Below, one piece after another: positions 10,420-17,931 of a stretch of DNA of 32,000 bases. Below the pieces are notes generated by a model. The model saw nothing but the letters and a program-made list of their open reading frames with translations. It made no database searches and was not told the origin of the DNA. The position numbers were made by a program, and so were the translations under genes. The DNA lies in assembly GCF_052908155.1 (NCBI RefSeq), contig NZ_CM128601.1; one strand, 5' to 3'. Within the stretch, counting starts at the first letter, position 1. Each line of letters starts with the position of its first letter.

Positions 10420-11915
10420 ACCCCATCAAACGCCGCAAGCCGCTCTTTGTGGCTGTCGCTCATATCAAATGCAAATTCCTCATGCTCTGCCTGGAATGTG
10501 CCAAACGCCATCAGCGCCGCAACGCTCGGGTCTATCTTGTTGGATGATTTTTTCTTGTTCGGCTTGATATTGGCGTTCGCGTCACTCTGCATCACAACAT
10601 TACTCATTGACCAGGCCAGCACCGGATCGCCACGATGCACAATCACCTTCCGGTTAACAAAAACTTCGAACGATTTCGCCGCCGGACTGAAACGAAGGTA
10701 TGTTTGCGGGAACGGCTCCACCTCAAATCCTGCCCCCTGTAGCTGCGTCCTCAGGTGCGTGGCGTTCCATGTATCGAAGCCCACCAGCCTGATATTGAAA
10801 TTCTCTGCATCCGCCATGATGTCATCACGGATACGGTCATAATCAATGCAGTCACCCGGTGTTGTGCGTATCCAGCCCGCCTTTACCCACTGGCGATAGA
10901 TGGCGCGGTTTTTATTGGCGGGGTTCTGTAGCTGAAATTCCGGCAGATAGTGACGGGAAACCAGCATAATCTTTTTACCGACCGGAAAGGCATAGCACAC
11001 GCTGGAAATATCGCTGGTTGATGATAAGTCCAGCCCCGCGTAGCACTCCTGACCGTATAAATCTGCCTCCGCGAACGTTCCGGCGCACTCCGTCCATGCA
11101 CCGTTACCCATCCACGGCGTAGCCCCCTGACACCAGATATTGAATCGCTTGGTGAGCATTTCCACCCACTGCGACGGAATACCCCGCGCTTTCTGGATGG
11201 TTGAGGCCAGTTTTTCACGATCGACGGAAACATCGATATTGGGATTCGCCTTTATCCACATCGCCGGATCGTCAACCTCGCTTTCATCATCCAGCTCGTA
11301 AATCAGCACGAACATGGATTCGTTCACCTCTTCACCATCCAGTATCTGGCAGCAATAGTCATAGTGTTGTTTACAGGCTGAAACAACGTTGCTCCCCGAT
11401 GTGGTGATGGCAAATAACAGCCCCTCCGGACGCGCCCCCATTCCCAGTTCAAGCGCGGAATAAACCCCGTTGTCAGGGTGCAGGTGATATTCATCCACAA
11501 TGGCAAGACTCGGGTTTGTACCTTCAATGGTTGCCGCTTTTGCTGCCAGTGGCTTTAACAGGCTGTTGGTTTTCGGGTGTATCACCTTGTGTGCCTGAAT
11601 ATTTACCCGCTTTCGTAACGGTCGGGATAAAAGGCACATCTGACGCGCATCCCCGGTCAGAATGTAAGAGCGTAGCTCATTTTTGGTGATTTTATCTTCG
11701 ACGGGAACACCAGGCTGGTTACGTTCTTCATCAGCCACAGACTCGAGGCGGGAAATTTCTGTGTCGAGGGAATCGGCTTTTGCACGCAGTTCATCAAACT
11801 GTTTGCCTTCGTCATCGGTTAGACTGCGGTTTTCACTGTCGGCTTTTTCCAGCAGGGATCGCATCTGGTTTTTCAGGGCGGTTTTTTGCTGGCGGAGTTC
11901 GATTAATTTCTTCAT
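10416..11915 (-). pseudogene. Chimeric ORF: N-terminal ~91 aa of HK97-type major capsid protein fused in frame to the C-terminal part of phage terminase large subunit
   Basis: Starts MKKLIELRQQKTALKNQMRSLLEKADSENRSLTDDEGKQFDELRAKADSLDTEISRLESVADEERNQPG...ELRSYILTGDAR (capsid delta-domain-like coiled coil), then KVNIQ-like AHKVIHPKTNSLLKPLAAKAATIEGTNPSLAIVDEYHLHPDNGVYSALELG...GLDLSSTSDISS...SSNKIDPSVAALMAF (TerL Walker B and nuclease region). Junction near 11640. Confidence 0.85.
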
Positions 11916-12150
11916 GAAGGTTTTCTCGCATTGGTTAAGATTCAGGACGTGAAACCAACACGGGGGAGCGCCGCCCGACACTCTCGGCATCTCGCAGATC
12001 AACCCGGCATCGCGCAGGGGATCAGGCGGCATTGTGGCGGCTCACGTCTGAGTGCCACACGCCAACATATACATAAAAATCAGTATGTAAACATCAACCA
12101 GAATCACCGAACAACCTGGAACAACCACGAACAAATAATTTACAAAACCT

Positions 12151-12178
12151 GAAAAAAGACCCGGAAAAAATCCGGGCC
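12151..12178 (-). terminator. Intrinsic terminator after the 82-aa ORF
   Basis: Minus strand GGCCCGGATTTTTTCCGGGTCTTTTTTC. Confidence 0.75.
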
Positions 12179-12187
12179 TTTATCGCT

Positions 12188-12436
12188 TTATTGTTTCACT
12201 GGCTCCCGCATTCTGCGTCTTATTTTCCACAAATATTCGATCATCGCTTCCACCTGCTCACGGTTGGTTGCGAAAATTTCCCCGGTCAGTGAGCTACGCA
12301 GAAAATCATGATGATCCACAAAAAATAACGCATCGGAAGAAAGCAACCGACGATATTTTTTTGCTGTCGTGGTTTCCAGATCATCAAAACCATGAAGCTT
12401 TTTATGTTGCTGAACTTCTTCAAATGTCACTGGCAT
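12188..12436 (-). CDS. Hypothetical protein, 82 aa
   Basis: MPVTFEEVQQHKKLHGFDDLETTTAKKYRRLLSSDALFFVDHHDFLRSSLTGEIFATNREQVEAMIEYLWK...; overlaps upstream ORF, followed by a terminator. Confidence 0.6.
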   Translation of the reverse strand: MPVTFEEVQQHKKLHGFDDLETTTAKKYRRLLSSDALFFVDHHDFLRSSLTGEIFATNREQVEAMIEYLWKIRRRMREPVKQ

Positions 12437-12969
12437 GTATCCCCCTTTGCTGCCCGGCGCTGGCGCTTGTGCTTCTCATTCAGCACCATCAGCCGTGTTT
12501 CTGCCTCCTGCTGTTCCTGTGGTGTCACTTCCCCACATGGCTGGCCTTTCAGGTCGTAACGTGCGCCACCAGCTATCAGGGCGCGGTAATAGCGCGGAGA
12601 CTGCGCATAGGATGCCAGCGTCGCACGTAATACCCCCGGCCCGAATGCCAGCCTCCTGACGGCGATATCCTGCATCAGGTCGTCGAATATCCCCACCTTA
12701 AGCGGCTTCGGTGCTTTATGGCTGAATAAGTCAGGCCACATCTCAGTGAGGCGGTTAACGCGTCGGCGGTTTTTGCGCTGCCTTTTGGTCATATGCTGCC
12801 ACGGTGTCGCCCCTGCGGTCTTCTGTTTGCGGCTCTGCTGTGCGTTCTGATTATCGGGTATCACTTTATGCGCCGATGTGGTTTTATCCTGCTCTTGCGC
12901 CGCCTGCGTCGTTTTCTGCGGCGTGCCGTAAATGCCTTTCGGCTTCCGGTTAATGGTCAGCGTTGTCAT
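12427..12969 (-). CDS. ProQ/FinO-domain RNA-binding (fertility-inhibition-like) protein, 180 aa
   Basis: Basic N-terminus then LFSHKAPKPLKVGIFDDLMQDIA...VLRATLASYAQSPRYYRALIAGGARYDLKGQPCGEVTPQEQQEAETRL, the ProQ/FinO domain pattern. Confidence 0.88.
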   Translation of the reverse strand: MTTLTINRKPKGIYGTPQKTTQAAQEQDKTTSAHKVIPDNQNAQQSRKQKTAGATPWQHMTKRQRKNRRRVNRLTEMWPDLFSHKAPKPLKVGIFDDLMQDIAVRRLAFGPGVLRATLASYAQSPRYYRALIAGGARYDLKGQPCGEVTPQEQQEAETRLMVLNEKHKRQRRAAKGDTCQ

Positions 12970-13005
12970 GCCTTCCCCTGTAATTACTCTGTTCGCTGTT
13001 GTGAA

Positions 13006-13431
13006 TTAAAACGGTATGTTATCCCCGTACGGGTCATCGTGCTGGCTTGTCTGTTGTTTTGCCCTGTTCAGTGCGTCAGTGGCCTGGCCCTGTTGACCTT
13101 TTTTGCCGCCCGGTCGCGCCGTTCGCGCACTGATTACGCTGTCTGCAATAACCTGCCAGCCCTGCCGCGTTTCCCCGTTCTGGCCTGTCCACTGGCTCAC
13201 CTGCATGTTACCCGCCACGCTCACCAGTTCGCCTTTGTGGTGTTTTGCCAGTGCGTCGGCCTGTCTGCCAAACGCCAGGACAGATAACTACATCGTCGCC
13301 GTTCCGTCATCTGCCTGGCTGCATGGCAGGGGAACCGCCATACTCGCCATCGCCATTTGTGTCCCTTTGCTGGTGGTCTTTAGCTGCGGGTCAGCCACCA
13401 GCCGCCCGTAAGCCGCTATCTGTGCTGTCAT
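13006..13431 (-). pseudogene. Phage-type single-stranded DNA-binding protein with internal amber codon (TAG at 13288-13290, codon 48)
   Basis: MTAQIAAYGRLVADPQLKTTSKGTQMAMASMAVPLPCSQADDGTATM-TAG-LSVLAFGRQADALAKHHKGELVSVAGNMQVSQWTGQNGETRQGWQVIADSVISARTARPGG...DDPYGDNIPF*, one continuous frame. Confidence 0.88.
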
Positions 13432-13673
13432 GCTGTCTGCTCTCCGGTTTTAACGTTGATGGTTGTCACCTGTTCCGCTTCGGCAATCTCCCGTTCTGTC
13501 AGTGTGGCAAAGTTTGCCGCTGCCGTGGTCATGAATGCGCTTACCAGTTCGGGATGTGCTTTTGCGTACCCTTCTCCCGCGTTGCGGTCGATGATTTTTA
13601 TCGCCACCCTCAGCCAGTGTTCTGTCAAATCAAGGGCGTGAGATTGTGGTTTTTTTGCGTGCTTCGTTGTCAC
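13428..13673 (-). CDS. Hypothetical protein, 81 aa, coupled (ATGA) to the SSB gene
   Basis: MTTKHAKKPQSHALDLTEHWLRVAIKIIDRNAGEGYAKAHPELVSAFMTTAAANF... Confidence 0.6.
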   Translation of the reverse strand: MTTKHAKKPQSHALDLTEHWLRVAIKIIDRNAGEGYAKAHPELVSAFMTTAAANFATLTEREIAEAEQVTTINVKTGEQTA

Positions 13674-13724
13674 AGGCTTTACCTCACAGCAATAAAATAA
13701 AATTTTTGCATTTTAACCCTTCAC

Positions 13725-13947
13725 CTGTTCACCTTTTGAGATTTTCCCTTTTTATTCATAATGTTAAGGGGTGAACAGTTTCACAAAAACTATTCACCAA
13801 CTGTTCACCACTGTTCACCCTTAAAGCTCAATAAACAATCAAAAAGGTGAACAGTGAATAGTTTGGTGAACAGTTCACAAATAACTGTTCACCATATAAT
13901 ATACTGATATAAAAGATATTTATAACAGGGTGAACAGTGGTGAACAG
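13725..13947. repeat. Iteron-like array of GTGAACAG/CTGTTCAC, candidate satellite replication origin
   Basis: Nine exact 8-mers starting at 13725, 13771, 13801, 13811, 13847, 13866, 13885, 13930, 13940 in mixed orientation within A+T-rich sequence immediately 3' of the primase gene. Confidence 0.8.
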
Positions 13948-13960
13948 TTATTCCATAAGT

Positions 13961-15775
13961 TTAATTTTTGCTGTCGTCATTTGTGACCGATGCACATGAT
14001 GGCATCCAGTCTTCTGAATCCTCTGTCAGTGTCACATTTGAACGCAAACCGTGCTTCGTTTTCCGTTTTATATACTCCCTGCCATATTCCGCCATTGCCC
14101 CCGGCATATCTTTACCGAAGCGCGTCAGTGTTACAGGTTTACCGAATCCGTGTGCCCTCATATATGCCAGATAGGCGTGATAAAGATACCTGCGCGGACT
14201 GAACGGAATAATTTCGGCATTACCCACTAACAGACCATCACACATTACCGACGACATGAGATAGCCACAGAAGTCCACCAGCGAATCGCCCTCGCGTTTT
14301 ATCACCAGAGCTTCTTCTGATTTCTGCTGCTCATACAGCAGGCGTTTAGCTTCGTCCTGGTCAGAAAAACGAGTAAGCAGATGGCGAATCACAACCGCCA
14401 GCTCTCCTTCTATTTTTTCTGCCAGCATGGGGTCGCGCTCGTTCTCCGGTACAACCTCCGAAAAATTGAATATCACCCGACGACGTGAGATCCCCCCGCT
14501 GCGGTCACTGAATGACATGGCGTTATTGTTCACCGCCAGCACGACCGCCTGAATGCGTGTTGAGTAGGGGGCTTTATGCTTCGGGTCGATTGCCACCTTG
14601 TCACCGCCTGTAATAGCCTTAATTCCTGCGCCATCACCAGCGTAGCGGGTCATATCCGGCATGATAATCAGCGAAAAGCCAACCACTAACGCGCGTTCCC
14701 TTGCATCTTCCAGCGCCTTCATGCTTGCCGATACTGTGTTGGCCTTACCCGCCAGCATGGTGCAAATCTCCGCCATCACGCTTTTACCACTTCCCCCTGG
14801 ACCTGTTACCTCAATGAATAACTGCCAGTCGTACCGGTTCGCCAGCACCATGAATAATGCAGCCAGCACGCGATCCGTCTTGCGGTCATTCTCTGCCACC
14901 GAGCAGCGTAACCACTTCCAGAAATTCGGCGCATGTGTTGCCAGCGTTTCCCCCTCTGCTGGTGGGCTGAAAGGTAATTCACTGGCAATTAACAACCAGT
15001 CGTTTTTGTTATGCTCCCGAAAATTACCTGTTCTGGTATCAAATACCCCGTTACTGAATCCAATCAGGTTACGGGCTGTATTCCCCATTACAGGCAAACT
15101 TAACTTCATGGTATCGACCGCCGATTTAATGGCGTTCTGCGAATAGCTGATCTCCGCATCAATGAAAATCTGCGCCATAGCACGCTGTAACTCTTTATCC
15201 TGAATCGGCTCCCATACAACGCCGTTGTAATGGTGAACAGTGTCAGAGTCGGCATGAATCGCCAGTTCACCGCCATAATGTGCCAGGAGAACTTCGCCGC
15301 GCTGGCTTGCTCCCATCTGGTTAAGCGCCAGTGGTGCGGCGCTGTCTTCTGTTTTTTTCTTAACAGGAAGCTGAATCACCAGACCATCAGAAAGATTCTG
15401 GCGCTCACGGGCCAGATATTCGCGCCAGTTCTGCACCTCCTGGCCGTGCATACCCTCAGGATAAAAATTTGCATCCTGTACGCCTGCCGCCGCCAGCTTC
15501 TGACCAATCGCCTTTATCATTACTGGCGCAAGATATCCGGCCCTGAATATGCGCACGGATTTTCTGCCTTCCGGCACAATTTGCAGCTTATCCAGTTCGG
15601 ATAACTGCTGCTCCCCAAGCCACACAGGAGGCTCATTATCTCCGGCCATACGCGCGTCATGTTCCTGCCATTGTTTTGCGTGTGACCAGGCATCACTACC
15701 CGCAAAAATAATGACTTCTGTTTCTTTGTGTTTTATGCCGCGTGACTGCTGTTTTACGTTCGGTGCCAGTTTCAT
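13961..15775 (-). CDS. D5/P4-type phage primase-helicase (Pri-Rep-like), 604 aa
   Basis: SF3/D5 helicase features GPGGSGKSVMAEICTMLAGK (Walker A), ALVVGFSLIIMPDMTRYAGDGAGIKAITGGDKVAIDPKHKAPYSTRIQAVVLAVNN. Confidence 0.88.
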   Translation of the reverse strand: MKLAPNVKQQSRGIKHKETEVIIFAGSDAWSHAKQWQEHDARMAGDNEPPVWLGEQQLSELDKLQIVPEGRKSVRIFRAGYLAPVMIKAIGQKLAAAGVQDANFYPEGMHGQEVQNWREYLARERQNLSDGLVIQLPVKKKTEDSAAPLALNQMGASQRGEVLLAHYGGELAIHADSDTVHHYNGVVWEPIQDKELQRAMAQIFIDAEISYSQNAIKSAVDTMKLSLPVMGNTARNLIGFSNGVFDTRTGNFREHNKNDWLLIASELPFSPPAEGETLATHAPNFWKWLRCSVAENDRKTDRVLAALFMVLANRYDWQLFIEVTGPGGSGKSVMAEICTMLAGKANTVSASMKALEDARERALVVGFSLIIMPDMTRYAGDGAGIKAITGGDKVAIDPKHKAPYSTRIQAVVLAVNNNAMSFSDRSGGISRRRVIFNFSEVVPENERDPMLAEKIEGELAVVIRHLLTRFSDQDEAKRLLYEQQKSEEALVIKREGDSLVDFCGYLMSSVMCDGLLVGNAEIIPFSPRRYLYHAYLAYMRAHGFGKPVTLTRFGKDMPGAMAEYGREYIKRKTKHGLRSNVTLTEDSEDWMPSCASVTNDDSKN

Positions 15776-16071
15776 TTTTTACCCCTGAATCCGTTAATCA
15801 TGGTTTTCAGCTTCTGGATGTTTGCCCGTGCCCTGGCGTTGCTGGTGGACACGTTATGCGGCGCGGTCTGTACCAGAGAAAAATCACGCCGGAACTGATA
15901 AACAGGCATCACGCAATCATATTCGTAACCTTCACGGCGGTAGGTTACGCGCCGTTCTTCCACGTCCTTAATCATTACCGTGCCGCCGTACTGGTCGCGG
16001 TAAATATCGCCGCGCGTAAATTTAGGGTGAGTGTTGCCACTGGCAGTTAAGCCAGAATATTTAAGTTTCAT
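15772..16071 (-). CDS. DUF4222-like protein, 99 aa
   Basis: RGDIYRDQYGGTVMIKDVEERRVTYRREGYEYDCVMPVYQFRRDFSLV; overlaps primase start by 4 nt. Confidence 0.7.
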   Translation of the reverse strand: MKLKYSGLTASGNTHPKFTRGDIYRDQYGGTVMIKDVEERRVTYRREGYEYDCVMPVYQFRRDFSLVQTAPHNVSTSNARARANIQKLKTMINGFRGKK

Positions 16072-16076
16072 TATTT

Positions 16077-16310
16077 TTATTCTCCGGTGTGCTGTTCTTT
16101 ATATCTGTCGTGCAATAGATCTATTTCTTGCAGTTCCATTATTACAGGCTCAAGAAGCGTTATTAATGCCGTGGCAATTCTTGATTTTTGTTTGTCGCGT
16201 TCATTGTCGCCAAGTGTTTCAAGCCATATGCGCAATATTTCCAGCATGTTTTCACTGTGAGAAAGTGCAAGAAATGCGCGGTCTATTGTTTCGTGGTAAA
16301 TATCACGCAT
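16077..16310 (-). CDS. Hypothetical protein, 77 aa
   Basis: ORF MRDIYHETIDRAFLALSHSENMLEILRIWLETLGDN...; compact co-directional gene string. Confidence 0.5.
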   Translation of the reverse strand: MRDIYHETIDRAFLALSHSENMLEILRIWLETLGDNERDKQKSRIATALITLLEPVIMELQEIDLLHDRYKEQHTGE

Positions 16311-16563
16311 GGCTTACATCCTCAGGAAATTTTCTTCTATAACGCGCCTCTGCCACATATTCCGCATAATCGGCGGCGATATTCAGTACATCAAGCCCCG
16401 TTGATTTATATTCTCTCGTGGAAAGTAAGAAAAAAGCCGCTCTAATAAGCTCTGGCATTGACGAAAGCGCATCAGCCGCATCATCAGGAACGCCGGAAAA
16501 TTCCTGTTTCAGGGAATTAAAACGATCATCACGCATAACCCCCCCCATTTTCACAATCAGCAA
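16303..16563 (-). CDS. Hypothetical protein, up to 86 aa
   Basis: MLIVKMGGVMRDDRFNSLKQEFSGVPDDAADALSSMPELIRAAFFLLSTREYK...; compact string. Confidence 0.5.
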   Translation of the reverse strand: MLIVKMGGVMRDDRFNSLKQEFSGVPDDAADALSSMPELIRAAFFLLSTREYKSTGLDVLNIAADYAEYVAEARYRRKFPEDVSHA

Positions 16564-16768
16564 TCAGGATGGCTTTAGCCTCATTCAGCGCCATATCCGC
16601 ACTAAGTTGCATAACAGCCAGTGAGTGAGGAACGAAAGCCCCGGCATATTCTGTTTCGCTGGTGGCGCGCTTATGCGCCTTGTCTGCGATAACAGAAATA
16701 TCAATCAGCGCGTGCATCAGCGTTTTGATGGCTTCGGCGGCTGCGTCCGGACGGGTGTTATTGCACAT
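16529..16768 (-). CDS. Hypothetical protein, 79 aa
   Basis: MCNNTRPDAAAEAIKTLMHALIDISVIADKAHKRATSETEYAGAF...; overlaps neighbours. Confidence 0.5.
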   Translation of the reverse strand: MCNNTRPDAAAEAIKTLMHALIDISVIADKAHKRATSETEYAGAFVPHSLAVMQLSADMALNEAKAILIADCENGGGYA

Positions 16769-16964
16769 GGCGTACCCCCTGACGAATACGGGCAGCGAAT
16801 ACCATCACGCAGCCATCAGGAGATTGCTGACGCGCTTCCTGTTCGCTGGTGGCCTCAATGGTAATCACGCGCGGTTGTGCCGTGCTCAGGGCGATAAAAC
16901 GCCAGATGTATTTATTCAGGTTGTACGAGTCCCGCCCTTGCGGGTGTCTGGTATAATTTCTCAT
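16758..16964 (-). CDS. Host cell division inhibitor Icd-like / Ash-like protein (start uncertain)
   Basis: TRHPQGRDSYNLNKYIWRFIALSTAQPRVITIEATSEQEARQQSPDGCVMVFAARIRQ; the C-terminal pattern of Icd-like proteins. Confidence 0.65.
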   Translation of the reverse strand: MRNYTRHPQGRDSYNLNKYIWRFIALSTAQPRVITIEATSEQEARQQSPDGCVMVFAARIRQGVRHVQ

Positions 16965-17060
16965 AGCTGCCTCGATACTTCTGCTATCGTTGGTGGTTAG
17001 AAGCCCGTTGGTGTTGGTAGCACCTGCGGGCTTTGTCTTTTCATCGATTACCTTAATAAA

Positions 17061-17142
17061 GGTGTCAGCCACTATACTAGTGACAGGTGTCAGCCACGTC
17101 AATAGTGTTTTTCTATTTTCTTGTGTGTATACTGTCAGCCAC
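17061..17142. promoter_or_regulatory. Operator-like direct repeats between divergent genes: TGTCAGCCAC x3
   Basis: GGTGTCAGCCAC at 17061-17072 and 17086-17097, TGTCAGCCAC at 17133-17142; minus-strand TTGACG-17 bp-TAGTAT promoter candidate overlaps the first two; plus-strand TATACT overlaps the third; extra dyad TGACA-GG-TGTCA at 17081-17092. Confidence 0.6.
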
Positions 17143-17163
17143 CTAATAACAAGGAAATCAGAT

Positions 17164-17343
17164 ATGGCAACGAAAGCAGTTAATGGAAAATCCAAAAAAC
17201 TTGAGGCACGAGTACCCCATGCAATAGCTGACGCTGTAGAAAATTTAAAGGAAGAAGGCGAAAGCACTGGGCAATTTATCGTTTCGGCGCTTGAAGGTGA
17301 GATCAAACGCCGCCAGCGCCGAAAGGCCAAAGAGCAGGAATAA
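17164..17343 (+). CDS. YlcI/YnfO-family small protein, 59 aa
   Basis: MATKAVNGKSKKLEARVPHAIADAVENLKEEGESTGQFIVSALEGEIKRRQRRKAKEQE. Confidence 0.75.
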   Translation: MATKAVNGKSKKLEARVPHAIADAVENLKEEGESTGQFIVSALEGEIKRRQRRKAKEQE

Positions 17344-17400
17344 CCATCACCAGCGCCGTGGTGTAAGGTATTACGGCGCATTGCTATGCAGGACAACACA

Positions 17401-17574
17401 ATGACCGATAAAGAATTGACCAAAACATTATCACCGACACGGAAAAGACGACGCAGAAAGATAGAGCATGAATCAGAAAGATTCGCGCCATGTGCTTTTG
17501 CCCTTGAGCAATTCCTTAAAGAGTACAGGGAAAAGCGCTCATTGCAGGTATGGCAACGAACTGAACCAGACTGA
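17401..17574 (+). CDS. Hypothetical small protein, 57 aa, basic N-terminal stretch
   Basis: MTDKELTKTLSPTRKRRRRKIEHESERFAPCAFALEQFLKEYREKRSLQVWQRTEPD, downstream of the YlcI/YnfO-like gene. Confidence 0.5.
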   Translation: MTDKELTKTLSPTRKRRRRKIEHESERFAPCAFALEQFLKEYREKRSLQVWQRTEPD

Positions 17575-17609
17575 TTGCATTGCCCACCAGCCGCAAATGT
17601 GGCATTGTT

Positions 17610-17700
17610 GGTGATGCTTTTGTTTTCCCTTGTTCCCACTGGCGACCCTTTTGCGGTCGCCTTTGTTTTGCTTGTTATCCGGCAATAGTGGCGCTTCACC
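17610..17700. ncRNA. Candidate structured RNA (C4/P4-CI-type immunity RNA on minus) or plus-strand terminator
   Basis: Inner perfect hairpin GGCGACC-CTTTTGC-GGTCGCC (17641-17661) enclosed by outer arms GGTGATGC (17610-17617) / GCTTCACC (17693-17700), 7 of 8 paired; plus-strand hairpin is followed by TTTGTTTTG. Confidence 0.35.
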
Positions 17701-17906
17701 ACACGGTTGATATAATTCCCCTGCACTGATCCATTTTTTTCGCAGCAGGTTAATTGTTCAGAAAGGCGGTTCCTTATCGGGGCCGCTTTTTTTATGCCTG
17801 AAAATACCCGATAACATGGCTTTTTAGTTTCACCAGGACGAACGAAGCCCCGCCCCTGTTCGGGCGTATATCCAGTATTCATGGTTAGATCTCTGTGTTA
17901 GTGGAT

Positions 17907-17931
17907 GGCTGGCGGCGGTGCGCCGCCAGCC
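17907..17931. repeat. Very strong hairpin GGCTGGCGGCG-GTG-CGCCGCCAGCC
   Basis: 11-bp perfect GC-rich arms, 3-nt loop. Confidence 0.8.

Noticed and set aside
11916-12032. N-terminal 39-residue extension (MPPDPLRDAGLICEMPRVSGG...) of the chimeric ORF
   Set aside because: The capsid family start MKKLIELRQQ at 11915 is preceded by a GAG-type ribosome-binding sequence; the extension is low-complexity leader sequence.
16758-17882. 374-aa minus-strand ORF starting at MNTGYTPEQGRG
   Set aside because: Only the last ~70-100 residues look like a protein family (Icd-like). The rest is antisense to two plausible plus-strand small genes, a promoter region and hairpins, so the long ORF is most likely chance read-through; a short start near 16964 is preferred.
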